DNA of 64,000 nucleotides from positions 49,703,847-49,767,846 of the forward strand of contig CP154954.1 in assembly GCA_039621445.1 (NCBI GenBank). Direction: 5' to 3'. This DNA is from Euglena gracilis (lineage: Eukaryota). A program made the position numbers and the translations under genes. The stretch's first letter is position 1; every line of letters begins with the position of its first letter. Positions 41,886 through 52,406 of this stretch are shown here, piece by piece. Under the pieces are notes generated by a model. That model made no database searches and was not told the DNA's origin. It was given only the letters and a program-made list of their open reading frames with translations.

Positions 41886-44800
41886 TGCATCTGTGCGTGC
41901 GTCCGTGTCCATAATCAGTTTACATGGGAACTTGCCAATCTGTGTGAGGAGTGTGAGTTACGGCCCTTTATATATCAGCCACCAAACAAATCAACAACTC
42001 ACAGACACCGGTGCCTCTGCCTGGGTTTCATCCCTTATTGCATGCTCTTGGAATCTCCTGCAAAATAGAATCCAACAGGCGGGGGAGACAAAAACAATAC
42101 AATTCCTTCAACCACTATTTCGGAAAACCGCACATGCCTTGATTTTGGGTTGCAGCTATGAATGACTGCTGGCAACAGTTCCCTCCCCTTGGGTTGGCCC
42201 TGGCGGGCGCGGCCCTGAGGGGATGGACGAGGCAGATCAGGATGCCCCCCTCGGCCAGGAGGTCCACCTCGTGGCCGTCCCCGGCTGGCCACGGCGGCCG
42301 GCGGGGGACCGACCCCCCCCCATCCAACCACTGTGACACTGTTGGCCATGGCCTCAAAGACACACAGCTCCGGGAAGACAAAAAAAAACACGGAAAGCCA
42401 CCCTGATTTTCCAATATTGTCCCTTGTCATTTTTGTCTACCGCCTGCCTTGGATAGAACAGTGGTTCTTGATCATGTTAAATTATTGTTATACTACTTCA
42501 ACTGATTCAACAACTTATTTATTTACTTACTAACTATTTATTACTTACTATTTATTACTTACTATTTATAACTTATTTACGAACAATTTATTGCATTAAT
42601 AATGATAATCATATTCTTCAAAGAATGCATTCGATAAAAAAAGAGGAGACCTGGTTTAGAAAAGTGTTTCCCTGCTCCTTCTAACATTGAATTGACCAAA
42701 TGCCCACCGCTGAAAATGAAAATGGTGGGACAAAATTTGTTCCATTTGAGTTTAAATTTACAATTACCTTACCTGGCTAGCCTCAAAAAAAAAAGATTGG
42801 CTGTCCTGATGCAGCTCAAAATTGCATATTTCAAACCACAACCATGTGATGAAGATGGGACTTATCCCATCATTCTTTTTAAAAATAAATCCTTTAAATT
42901 TTCAGTTGAATGTGCTGGGACAGTGGTGTCCCCCCCCCCCCAAGGCAACCCTGCCGTAAAACAGGTCGAAAGCAGGAAAAACTGATCTCTGGCCTCCTTA
43001 GACCTTGGCCCAACCAGCCAAAACGTTAAAAATGCAGTGTGAACCTTCCTGGTTTTCAACCCCGTTCAAGCCCTTCTTTCCCGTACCCTTTCCCCCGTCT
43101 TTTTTTTAAAAAAAAAGGCAAGGCCCACCCACCCCCAAGCACATCCCCACATGGGTCGGGGAGGGGGGTTCCACAGACTCCTGCCCAGGTTGGTCAAAAA
43201 TTGCATGGCCCAAAATAATTCATTGCTCACAGTGGATAAAAATGGCGGGAGAAAATTACCTGTTAAAAAAGCACAACAAATACAAATATGGACTGAATAT
43301 TGCACACCAAAGAAAAAAGCTGCGTCCCAGCTGCCTGTGGCTGTACTTATGACTTGTTTGGAGACAGTTTCCAGGGCGAGATGTTCAGGTCTAACATCAG
43401 GCCCAACATCAGGCATGAGGGAACAAAGAATTTGGCCTTTGATCTTGGACCTCAAATCCGGGTAGTGGGCAGGCTTTCTATGTGACACGCAATTGTTGCA
43501 CGGCGACCAGGGCGTCGCATGCCTCTGGGGCCCGGACCTTCAGCACGATGTCGGCCCGGAACGCCTCGCCTTGTCCACGACGTCGGCCCCCGCGCTCTGG
43601 AAGAGGCTGTCGGGGAACTCCGCCGCCTCCCCCGCCCCCTGCTCCACCACCACCCTGTACCCTTCTTCCGCAGCTGTCCCGGGCAGGGCAGGCTCGGGCT
43701 GTAGCACCAACAATGGGGGGCCCTGCGAACAGGTTTGTGGGGGGGCAGCACGGTGCATCAACACCCACAAGCCAAAGCCAAATGCCATACGAAAAGAGCA
43801 ACAATCAAGACACACAAGCCACACTCGCCCCCCCAACTGAAAGTAAAACTAAAGATACAGAAAGAGAGTTTTACAGGGTAATAAAATGGTTGCTATCATG
43901 CCTGCGCACGCGAGAGTTAGCCAAAGACCAAGGGACTCGTTAGGACGAAAAAATCTCAGACCACATGCCGGCCAAGACATACCACGGAAGCCCCCCCCCC
44001 AGAAAGCCTGATCAACGGCATTGTGATCGACGGGAAGGGGCCGAAAAAAAAAGCAGAACCAAAAGGCAAAAAGGAGAGCGTACAAATGCGAAAACTGAAC
44101 CCCAGGAAAGACAGCCCAAAAACGCCAATGGCGACAGGTATTGGGGTGAAGAGGAAGGCAGGGTGTGGTCAAAGAAAACTCTCAGGGAGCAGAAGAAGAC
44201 ACAAACGAATGGCACGAAAGGGACAAAACGGCCGCTCATCCAACCTCACAAGAAAAAAGAAGACATTAGGCGAAAAAAACACAGAAACCAAAAGACCAGA
44301 AGACATCAAAGCGGACCCACTGCCCAGGGGGACGAATGAAGAGACCACCCAACCCAGAGCAAAAAGAAAAGCGCAAAAACAAAGCAGGCCCACCCCACAA
44401 GAGGCCCCCCCGCTGGGGAAAGAAACCACAAGACACCCGAAACAGGAAGGGAAAGAAATTAACCAAAAGGCACACAAAAAATGTGCCCCAGCGCCCATGG
44501 TTGGACACAAAAATGACCCGAACACCACAGAAGCTTTGGCAGAAAAATCCCCAAGCGACGAATGCACCTCCCCCAACAAGGACCCCACTTGGCCACCGAG
44601 AATACCGTCCAAAACAACGCAGGCCCCCGGCGGGGAAAATGCGGCACCCGCTCCGTCGGACCCTCCCGCCTGGACCCAGCCCCAGAACGCAGACAAACTA
44701 GGGGGGGTGGGGCTTAAAGGGTGGCGGATACGACACCCGGCGACCCTGCCACCGTACCCCATCCCGGCAAACCGTATCCCCACCGCCTGTTGGAAAACTT

Positions 44801-45740
44801 ACCATAAAAACGCCCTTGCAAATGTATTTTTTCACCGACCGAACCCCGAGCGACGCCTAATTGGCTAAAATACCTGAACAGCAGGTTTATAGGTTAGCAA
44901 CCCCCCCCGTCCAAGACACGACAATTTTCAGGGATTGTGTCGTTGACACGGAGGGGGTGTCAAGGACACGGTGCGCCAATGACACTGCAATTCAAAGAAA
45001 AACCTCAGGTAGTGGTCTGGAAAAGTACCGTTGACTCGGCGGGCGTGTCAACAACACGGTGTGTCTTGGACAGGGGGGGAGGTAACCTGGTGGGGGGGGG
45101 GGTGCCTTCTGCTGTGGACTCTGCCCACAGCACTGCCTCTGCTGGGGTGGACTCCAGGCATTAAAGTGCCTTTAAAAACCCCGAAAAAATACCTCAAAAT
45201 GCGCCTTCAATATTTTGGCCAAAATGCCTTAAAATGCCTTTGACAGCCTTAAAAATTTGGACTGACAGATTTTTTTCTCCAACCGAGCAAAATGAAAAGT
45301 GCAAAATCGCAGCAAAATAGGCCAACTCCGGGAATAAAAAACGATCTCTGGCACCACTGGAACATTGTCTATCCAACCAACAACCAAAAATGTGACAATT
45401 ATTTGATTTTGGACAACATGCAAAATGAACAGCGTTGGTCGGTCCTTTGACCGCCCTGGAAAGAGCTGTACAATGCCTTAAAACCATGAAAACTTTTGAA
45501 AAAAAAATCCCCTGTGGCTGTGTCCCAAGCCACCCCAGGGGGCACCCGCCCTTGGCCCCGCTCCGTGAACACACCCGTCCCGGACGGCGGCCCAAGGCCC
45601 CGCCCCGCGCGGCTCACGTTGGTGGGCGTGATGGCCACCCGGCGCTCCCCGGCGTGCACCTCCCGCGGCACGCCGACCACCACCTCCGTGCACTTCCGCC
45701 GCCGCACGAACTGCGGGGCCTTGGGCGGGGGTTTGGACAT
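15447..45740 (-). CDS. NNT: NAD(P) transhydrogenase, proton-translocating, single-chain dI-dII-dIII (alpha-beta fused), 29 exons
   Basis: Manual join: 45740-~45609, ~43673-43531, 42296-42221, 41629-41573, 41434-41290, 40630-40561, 39498-39391, 38780-38701, 36821-36735, 36291-36170, 35956-35857, 34703-34626, 34018-33904, 33594-33443, 32913-32797, 30628-30503, 28791-28652, 27794-27708, 27531-27441, 24937-24901, 24624-24423, 24120-23984, 22206-22179, 20067-20029, 19947-19824, 18173-~18046, ~17209-17067, 16325-16234, 15605-15447 (TAG). Total 3117 nt if two missing Gs in exon 2 are restored. Motifs: [107 protein letters not shown]. Confidence 0.95.
16463..16948. mobile_element. MITE (8-bp TSD)
   Basis: Perfect 16-bp TIR CAGGGGTTTTCTTAAG; perfect TSD GTTCCAAG; related sequence at about 6813-7409. 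Confidence 0.9.
17459..17782. mobile_element. MITE nested in a related repeat
   Basis: CATGCTTGTGCTT...AAGCACAAGCCTG; perfect TSD GGTGTGCT. Confidence 0.85.
18470..19330. repeat. Dispersed repeat (core 18550-19030 nearly identical to 54770-55240; partial copy 32035-32345)
   Basis: Visible colinear identity; CCCTGGTCGG and CCCAGCATC short tandem arrays. Confidence 0.8.
19824..20067 (-). CDS. NNT: NNT exons 24-25 (20067-20029; 19947-19824: [24 protein letters not shown]..)
   Basis: GSSGA..IMC.AMNRS motif; separated by an 81-nt non-conventional intron with a perfect 8-bp direct repeat. Confidence 0.92.
22179..22206 (-). CDS. NNT: NNT micro-exon 23 (GFMLENNML)
   Basis: 28 nt; CCCAG acceptor; supplies the conserved GF.L.N..L segment; followed by a CAT..ATG-type stem intron. 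Confidence 0.85.
22563..22849. mobile_element. MITE, same family as 522-788
   Basis: CAGGGGTTTTTTTTAAG...CTTAAAAAATCCCTG; perfect TSD TTCCGGGC. Confidence 0.88.
23325..23432 (-). other. tRNA-like Pol III box A/B sequence with A-rich tail (SINE-like or tRNA pseudogene)
   Basis: Minus strand CGGCCTAGTGG (box A-like) ... CCAGGTTCAAACCCCGG (box B/T-arm) then GAAAAAATAAAAATA; no clean cloverleaf. Confidence 0.45.
23984..24937 (-). CDS. NNT: NNT exons 20-22 (24937-24901; 24624-24423; 24120-23984)
   Basis: [16 protein letters not shown] and [20 protein letters not shown] motifs. Confidence 0.92.
25164..27300. mobile_element. Expanded CAGGCTTCTTTTTAAG-family element with nested insertion and ORF fragment
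   Basis: CAGGCTTCTTTTTAAG...ATAAAAAGATGCCTG; perfect TSD GTCCCAAA (25156-25163, 27301-27308). Confidence 0.85.
25372..26609. mobile_element. Nested non-autonomous TIR element with subterminal ~31-bp tandem repeats
   Basis: Perfect 21-bp TIR CAGACATTCATTTAGTGTGGT; perfect TSD GCGCTGCA; GTGAACCACAAA..TTTTGGTGTCCACA arrays near both ends. Confidence 0.92.
27441..28791 (-). CDS. NNT: NNT exons 17-19 (28791-28652; 27794-27708; 27531-27441)
   Basis: [12 protein letters not shown] and [17 protein letters not shown] motifs; intron 27532-27707 non-conventional with 9-bp stem CAGAGGTTC/GGACCTCTG. Confidence 0.92.
27976..28498. mobile_element. TIR element with AAAATTGCGG decamer arrays
   Basis: CAGG(n)AAT..ATTCC(n)CTG termini; 7-bp direct repeat CGTAGGC flanks. 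Confidence 0.75.
29729..30042. mobile_element. MITE, CATACAATT family
   Basis: CATACAATTGCTTA...TAAGCAATTGTCTG; perfect TSD GGTGGGAT. Confidence 0.88.
30375..30502. repeat. (CA)n microsatellite abutting the NNT exon 16 donor
   Basis: Direct inspection. Confidence 0.95.
30503..30628 (-). CDS. NNT: NNT exon 16 (DMFKKGD..GMDS)
   Basis: RML|DMFK join; donor is the start of a (GT)n tract. Confidence 0.88.
31561..31907. mobile_element. TA-flanked MITE
   Basis: ACCCCCCCACTTATAAACCCC...GGGGTTTATAAGTG(n)T; TA at 31559-60 and 31908-09. Confidence 0.82.
32797..34703 (-). CDS. NNT: NNT exons 12-15 (34703-34626; 34018-33904; 33594-33443; 32913-32797), dI-dII linker and first TM helices
   Basis: [18 protein letters not shown] and [11 protein letters not shown] motifs; GT-AG with matching phases. 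Confidence 0.9.
34089..34368. mobile_element. Short TIR element with CTGTCAGGGTCCC internal repeats
   Basis: TACCTACC..CCGGGAAACTGTCA / TGACAGTTTCCCGG..GGTAGGTA inverted ends. Confidence 0.7.
35395..35655. mobile_element. TA-flanked MITE
   Basis: CCG(n)AATTTT...AAATTTC(n)GG TIRs, TA on both sides, internal TTCGCGGGATT repeats. Confidence 0.78.
35857..36821 (-). CDS. NNT: NNT exons 9-11 (36821-36735; 36291-36170; 35956-35857)
   Basis: [45 protein letters not shown]; all GT-AG with matching phases. Confidence 0.92.
36391..36688. mobile_element. MITE, same family
   Basis: CAGGCTTCGGTATTAGG...CCTTACATCGAAACCTG; flanks CCCAACGG/CCCGGCGG (6/8). Confidence 0.72.
36949..37858. repeat. Dispersed ~0.8-0.9 kb repeat family (copies at about 6085-6810, 13085-13850, partial 57790-58075)
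   Basis: Shared blocks GAAAAATGAACCCAAAA(T/C)ACATG, GGACCAAATTTTGGCA, TTTCAATGGCATT, CACCCGGCGCCGAAG. Confidence 0.75.
38701..38780 (-). CDS. NNT: NNT exon 8 ([17 protein letters not shown])
   Basis: Mobile-loop GGYAK motif; AG/GT boundaries. Confidence 0.92.
39391..39498 (-). CDS. NNT: NNT exon 7 ([26 protein letters not shown]..)
   Basis: dI homology; AG/GT boundaries. Confidence 0.92.
39515..39598. repeat. Imperfect (TG)n microsatellite
   Basis: Direct inspection. Confidence 0.9.
39779..40072. mobile_element. MITE, CAGGCTTCTTTTTAAG family
   Basis: CAAGCTTCTTTTTAAG...CTTAAAAAGAAGCCTG; flanks GGCGAAAC/AACGAAAC (6/8). Confidence 0.78.
40561..40630 (-). CDS. NNT: NNT exon 6 ([23 protein letters not shown])
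   Basis: Rossmann GxGxxG motif; AG/GT boundaries. Confidence 0.92.
41290..41629 (-). CDS. NNT: NNT exons 4-5 (41629-41573; 41434-41290: [43 protein letters not shown])
   Basis: RQD loop; 138-nt non-conventional intron between them with stem CGGCCA/TGGCCG. Confidence 0.9.
41844..41882. repeat. (TG)n microsatellite
   Basis: Direct inspection. Confidence 0.9.
42221..42296 (-). CDS. NNT: NNT exon 3 ([26 protein letters not shown])
   Basis: dI homology; non-conventional introns on both sides. Confidence 0.8.
43531..43673 (-). CDS. NNT: NNT exon 2 ([22 protein letters not shown]), two apparent 1-nt deletions
   Basis: Homology passes across three frames; breaks fall at short G runs (43660-43662, 43569-43570). 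Confidence 0.85.
45609..45740 (-). CDS. NNT: NNT exon 1 ([42 protein letters not shown]..)
   Basis: ATG at 45740 after a pyrimidine tract and CCCCAG; dI N-terminal motif GVPRE..ERRVA; 3' boundary uncertain by a few nt. Confidence 0.85.
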
Positions 45741-46392
45741 GCGGTGGGTGGGGGCTGGGGCGTGTGGCGTCGCAGCAGAAAGCAGGGGGGGGGGGCGGCT
45801 GGAAATCTCCGAGTCCACTGTGCTGGGTGCAGCGTGCAGGCCAAGCCGTTGCTCAACAACCATCCCGGCGAGCACCTATCCCACCGCCTTGTTGGTAAGA
45901 AATTACAAATATAATGCCACAAATTTGCCGTTTGCAGTTTTTTATATGACGATCTTGTAAACAAAGCCTGAATTATTGTAATTCAATTTGAGTAAAATTG
46001 CGGCCCCAGAGCCTCCCCCGCAGATTTTTTTCAAGCGCCATACTCTAAATCCACCCTTCTCTATCCACAAAACTGTTATCTTTTTGGATGTGCGGTAGGA
46101 CGGTAAGATATTTATTCTTGATGAGTGCCAAGATGGGCCAAAAATGCGTGATGGAGCACGAGGTCCGGCAATTTTTGGAACTTCTTCACTCAAGAAATCG
46201 AACAAAACTGCACCACTAGAAGCCTGTCCCAAGGAATCCCACTCTGACTTCGAGCTTCACGAAAAGCGGCCCCCCAAAAATGGCTAAAACTGGCAAAAAA
46301 AAGAAGCAGCAGCAGAAGCAGTCAAAGTTAACAAAGCCTTTGGAGTCCAAAGGTGGGGTTCTGATGCAGGACAATGCAGGTGAGTGTATTCC

Positions 46393-46603
46393 TGTATGTA
46401 TGCATGTATGTATATATGTATGTATGTGTGTATGTATGTATGCATGCATGCATATGCGAGCATGCATGCATGCATGCATGCATGTATGTATGTATGTATG
46501 TATGTATGTATGTATGTATGTATGTATGTATGTATGCATGTATGCATGCATGCATGTATGTATGTATGTATGTATGTATGTATGTATGTATGTCTGTATG
46601 TAT
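46393..46603. repeat. (TATG/CATG)n tetranucleotide microsatellite
   Basis: Direct inspection. Confidence 0.95.
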
Positions 46604-47458
46604 AAATGCATTCACACATGGGGCAGGGGTAGTTAGGGATGGGGATCAATTCCTAAATGGAGGAGATTTTTGGGTGGGGATTATGTTTTGTATTGGGTTT
46701 GGGTTAGGATCAGTTTTAGTGATAGGGTTTTGGGTTCGGAATATGATCTGGGGGGGGAGGGTGCAGGCAAGGGGGTCCAGCTTCATGCCATGACTCATTA
46801 CAGGCAATTTTCGGCAATTTTTCACAACTTTTTGCTTCTTTTGGGCTTTTAGCATTTTGGGCAAATCTGTTTCCGGTCAGCCATCCAGCGGTCGTTTTCC
46901 AGCCAGCACTGACACCAGCAGCAGCTTGGACCCCCCCACATCGACAAGTTTTAATTATTTTCCAGCCCTTTGGGCGGCTGGACGACAATGGGGTTTTGGC
47001 TTTTGGAGGTGCAAACATGGACCAAGAATTGGCAAGAATGGGTCAGATTTGATCCAGAGCAAATTTGTTGGGTCAAAATATCGATATTTTGCGCAGTTTC
47101 TGGGGCATGAATTCAGTTTCGATTTTTTGGAACCCGGTTCGCCCTAGGGTCAGATTCAGTTCCACTTGGGGGACTCCCATGGGGGGGGTCACCAAGCGAT
47201 GCCCTGTTTTTGGCTTTAAATTCTTTGCGAAACCTTGTTGCAGGAAATGTTGCGAAAGAGTTTTGGGGAAAGCGGAACTTTTTTGATATTTGAAACATTT
47301 GAGGTTGCAGCAAGTGATGCGCTGATGAAAATCCGACCCCTCCAGTGGCAGCATGGAACCAGGGGGCAGTTCACCCCACACCAGTCAGGGGGCAAGGTCA
47401 TTGGATGAGAAAAGTGCACAAATCAGAAATAATGGAGGTTGTTTTGCGAATTACCAAC

Positions 47459-47908
47459 CATACATCTCTCTAAGGACCCCGGGGGGGGGTTGCTGGGCTA
47501 GGGCTAGAAATTTGGGCTGGCTAGCCCGCCCCCCCCCCCCCCCGGGGGGGGCTGGACCCCGGCTGGACCCGAACCGGGGCGAGCTGGACTGAAATCGGAA
47601 AAATGCCCAAAAATGACCTGCAGAACACAGTTTTGAAAAAATGATGCATCTGAAACCCCCCAAAAATGCCCCAAACGCCCCCCAAACCCCATTTTTGGCC
47701 ACTTTTGAACACAGTTTTTCAAAAAATTTCGGCGCTTTGCGCCAAAAAATTTTGGGCTGGACCCCCAAAAAGGGGGCTGGCTAGCTGGGCTAGCAGCCCC
47801 CCCCCCCCCCGGGGGGGTGCTGCTGCGGCTGGGCTGGGCCCAAATCGGGGCTGGCTGCAGCCGCCCCCCCCCCCCGGAAGGGTTCGCAAAACCTTAGAGA
47901 GATGTATG
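47459..47908. mobile_element. MITE with CAT...ATG termini
   Basis: Perfect 17-bp TIR CATACATCTCTCTAAGG; perfect TSD TTACCAAC. Confidence 0.9.
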
Positions 47909-48866
47909 TTACCAACGTTTGAATTTTCCAGTTGGTGGAAACCAACAAAATGGATCTGTTAACAAGGAGTGGGGGGTTGGATTCGCGTTTGGCAAAAATG
48001 ACCGCCTATTTCCAGATTCTCCAAAGTGTCATTACTGGCCACGCCCTGGCCTCAAATGATGGGATTTCTCCTGATTGTCTTCAGTGTCCGCCAGCTGCAC
48101 AGGCAAAAGTTTCCAGATACAATTTTCATAATCCGCGGCAGTGTTCAAAATGGGGTATGCAGCAAAGGGCTGGCAGGGGGGGGGGGGCTAAGGGAAGTCG
48201 TCTACCGACGCCGTGGCTGGACTGATTGCGCGGCCGGTGAGCTGAGCTCGTTGGCGAGCTGGGGAAACTGTCAGGGTGGTCTGGCTGAGCTGAGGTGGGC
48301 TGGCACAGCTGAGGCGTTCTCCAGAAATGGGAGCCGAAACGATTTGGGAGGAGGACGGGGGCAAACACACGAGAGGACCATATTTGATGGGCCTCGAGCA
48401 TGGCAGACAAAATAACCGACGATTCAAAATTACGCTCTTTCTGGAGCTCTGTCGAAAAATCCAATGGGTTTGCTTCTCCCTATCGGAATCCACGTTGGAA
48501 ACTGAAAAACGCAAGAGTTTCACTGCAGTTCCCCGCAAATTTAAACGGGCCACAGCATTCGCGTATGAAACGTTTGCTCTGAAAGACCACACCACTCTGC
48601 TCCGTAGTTTGTTACATTACAGGGTCTTGGGTGGGGGTCTTGGGGAGCTGGGGGAGGAACGGCAGCGCCGCCGGTGAGGGGGGCCCTCCCCGGCCCACCG
48701 TATGGGCCGGCCGGCGCACCGACCCGCCCGGGGGTTGCAAGCTGGGCAGTGAGTCAGGGTTGGGCCGCCCCAGGCCCCCGCCCCCTCCACACATCATCCA
48801 CATCTGTGGACCACGGGACAAAACCATCACAGAACTGTTAAACGTTCCACCTCGGTGTGTAACATC

Positions 48867-49214
48867 CATACAATTTTTTACCGACCCCCCCGGGGGGGGG
48901 GAGGGGGTCACTCCACTATTTTAAAAACCAGTCAGTCACTCATTTTCAAAAAAACCAGCCAGTCACTACCCCCCGGGGGGGGGTCGGCCACTCAGAAAAA
49001 CGGCCACTTTCCAGTCACTTTAGGCAATTTTAGGCCAAAAAATTTTTCCGCCTCCTTCGGCGGCAGGGTCACTCAAGCCACTTTTGCCCACTCTTGGCCG
49101 CCCCCCACCAGGGGGGGGGAGGGGGTTTGGGCCAAAAACCAGTCAGTCACTCTGAAAACCAGTCACCCACCCCCCAGGGGGGGGGGGGTCGGCAAGTGCT
49201 TAAAAAATTGACTG
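48867..49214. mobile_element. MITE, CATACAATT family
   Basis: Same termini; flanks GTAACATC/GTAGCATC (7/8); a truncated relative lies at about 8277-8620. Confidence 0.85.
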
Positions 49215-52034
49215 GTAGCATCGGAGTATTTCATTCCCAGTCAGGGGGGGGGGAACTGGGACCCCTGGAGGGAGGAGGGCTACCCCCCCCAAATAAGGCC
49301 CCGCCTGGGCCGATCGAGCAAAAATCCAAAAATAAGGCCCCCCCCCCCGTAAATAAGACCTTCTTGACGGTGCAAAACGACAGGGACAGTGAAATTTTTT
49401 CCTGAAAATTTACCCAAAAAAAAACAATTTTATTCACAAAAATGATGAAAGTTCAAAAATTTTCAGATTTTTCAAAGTGCAAAAAAAACATGGTAAATGC
49501 CAATTTACACCAATTCACACATGGCGCAGAGCGCCGAAGGAAAAAAATTTAGTGTTCTTGGCAACCTGAAAAATGGTGTCTTTTTCGGGCCTGGGTCGTT
49601 CAAGAAAAAATCCAAAAATAAGACCCCCCCCAAATAAGGTTTCCCCTTGAGGCTTCCAGCAACGGACCCAAAAATAAGACCCGGATCTTATTTTTGGGGG
49701 GGTTTACTGGATTTTTTCTAGTGGCTAGCAAAAAGGCCAGCCGGTGGACCCCGGGGTCCTTAAGCAAAAGCCTGCACATCTTCCATCAAAAATCCCAACA
49801 ATACTTCCGTTGCTGAAAATTCCAAAGGGGACCTTAGTATTGGAGTGGTCTAATTTTTTGATTTTTGTTGAAAAATTCAACTGAAAAAAACTTCCCCGTG
49901 GGAAGGTCCAAAAAGGGTGATTTTTGGCAATGGGCAAAAAATCTCAAAAAATGCAAACTTTGACACATACAATATGGGCAAAATTCACTCATTTCGAAAA
50001 CATTTTCCAGGGTTTCCCTCCCATTCGTGGTGGGGACCGCCATTTCTGATTCGTGATTATTCATGATTATTCGTGGTTCCAAAAATCCGCCCGGTTTTCA
50101 GCTAAATGATGGACTGCTGGGATGCCGGCAGGCATTTTAACCACTTTTCGCCTTGATTGGTCGCTTTTGGCCACCTTTGGCAACTGTTGGCCACACCATG
50201 GCCCTCTTTGGCCCACTTTTGGCCGCTTTGGGCGATTTTTGGTGACTTTTGGCATTTTTTCCTTTTGGCATTTTTGGGGGTTTTTGGCCATTTTGGGCCA
50301 CCTTTGGCCATTTTTCAGGCCATTTTGGTCATTTTTGACTGTTTTTGGCCAACTGTTAGCAATTTTGGTGGAACCAAATCATATGTATACAAAAAGATCA
50401 TCTCTGACCGGGGGAGGGGGTAGTCGTCAGACAAGCCCGGTCGTTGGACAAGGGGGGGGGACACAAAGTTGCCAATGATGTACCTTTGTGTGAGCGTTCC
50501 ATTGTCCAAACAAACCCCTTTTTGGCTGAAAACATGCTCCATCACAAAAGCAGAATGCAAAGTCGCTCGCGGCCAGTGTTGTTGCGCAACAGTGAAGCGG
50601 TCCTCAACCTCATCGTCAGAATCCGAAGAAGAAATTTTCTAAAGAACAAATAAAGCACAGTTCCGAATGCTGAATGACTTCATTTGTAAAGAAAAAAATT
50701 TTCCAGAAAAAAAAGTCTCATTCGTGGTTATTCGTTTATTCGTGATTTTCGAAAAATCCAAAATTCGTGGTGATTCGTGATTATTCGTGATTATTTGTGC
50801 CACGAATCAGAGGGAATCCCTGCATTTTCACAGTTTTGGAGGGGGTCGACTTTGGATTTTCCCCGAAATCCCGAGGGGAGGTCTTATTTGGGGGGGGTCA
50901 ATTATTTTTAGGTTTTTGCTGAAAAACAGCAGGGGGTCTTATTTCTGGGGGGGTTAGTATTTCCACTGGCCAATTTTGGACTGGCTGCACTCGAGTCCCC
51001 CCCCCCCAGCGAGTCCCCCCCCCAGGGGGACTGGGAACCCTTAAGCAGCCTTGGCGTAGGTCCAGGATGGGCAAGGCGCATCACAAGAACACATCCCTTC
51101 ACGCAAACCTTTGTCTCTGTACGACGGTGATACTAAATTGTGAGTTCAGGCCAAAGAGAAATCCTAAGGTTCTGCTGGAAGTTCTGTTCCAAATCCTTAA
51201 AGTTCTGCTGGATTTCAGGGTTCAGTCGATCTGCCAAAAGAAAAGGAATCGAAAGAAGATGAGGTTTGGGTTATGGACCCCCATTCCCCCCGGGGGAGGA
51301 AAATTGACCTAAAAACAAGGATGGTCCCACACATTTCCTCACGGAGGCAGAACACAAAAAAAAAAGATGCGGCGACATCCCCGGCGATGATGTGTGGGGA
51401 CCTTTGCCGAGGGTGGGGCGACGCCACGGTGGTCAGGGCTGGCCGGGCTGGCTCAGTGGCTGGCAGGGGAGGGCGGCGCAGCTTGCGCCGGGGGAGGGGA
51501 AGGAGCCTTCGGGGTGGGCCAGCGGCCGGGAGGGGGCCGGGGGGCGTCTCGCGCAACCGCAAGTCGTCCCCCGAACCCCATATTTTGCTCCCGGGGGAGT
51601 GGCGGGCCAGCGAGTGCAGCGCGAGCGGCTGCAGCTGTGGCAGTGCGGTGGGGATGGGAACAAGAGGGAAGGGGGGGGGGGCCGAATATAACGGGTCAGG
51701 CGGGTATAGCGGTGTGGGGGCCCGGCAGGACTTGCCGGGTGCGGCCCGCAACGTGCCCGTGCAACTCCGGGAAAACTGCTCATACCCCCCCCCCCCCTTG
51801 GCCAACGACCGCTAATGTTCGTCTCCGACCGGGGGGGGGGGCGGTCGTTAAAATGGCCAATGTTCGTCTCTGAACAGGGGGGGGGGGGTGCCTGTTGGAC
51901 AGGGGGGGGGGGGAATTTCCGGCGCGTCTTGCTGGAAATTTTTCGCGCTTCGCGCCTGACAACAGCCAATCTCATGCATAATGTTGACTCAAGGAAGGAG
52001 GAACAAATTACCTCGTTGGACAAGGGGGGGGGAT

Positions 52035-52406
52035 CAGGGTTCGATATAAGGACAGGTGGGGGGGTGGTCCAGACCCCCCCCCCTGCGGGCCAGGGGGGGG
52101 GGGCGGCGGACCCCCCCCACCTAAACAGTGGTCTGGGTGACCGAAAATTTTTGCCCCCCCAAAACGACCAAAAGTGCCATTTTTGGGTACTTTTTGGGCA
52201 AAAATGTGTCAAAAATGCAAAAAAATTTTCGGCGCGAAGCGCCGGAGGAAAAAATTGACCCTTTTTGGGGGGGGTCCCGGGTACCCCCCGAGGGTTGGTC
52301 CGGACCCCCCTGGCAGGTGGGGGGGTCCGGACCCCCCCGGCGGGCCAGGGGGGGGGGGGACACCCCCCCACCTAAACCATGTACACCCTCCTTATATCAA
52401 ACCCTG
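52035..52406. mobile_element. MITE, same family, inserted in the end of a TA-class element
   Basis: TIR CAGGGTTCGATATAAG/CTTATATCAAACCCTG (15/16); perfect TSD GGGGGGAT. Confidence 0.88.

Noticed and set aside
41625-42220. CCTCAGGGC at both ends of NNT intron 3 as a TSD
   Set aside because: The repeat overlaps the stem, and collapsing on it does not give the HPGQ frame; probably coincidental
15447-45740. Bacterial pntA/pntB insertion or NNT pseudogene
   Set aside because: Single fused chain with 28 introns, consistent phases and intact motifs; only two homopolymer-associated frameshifts
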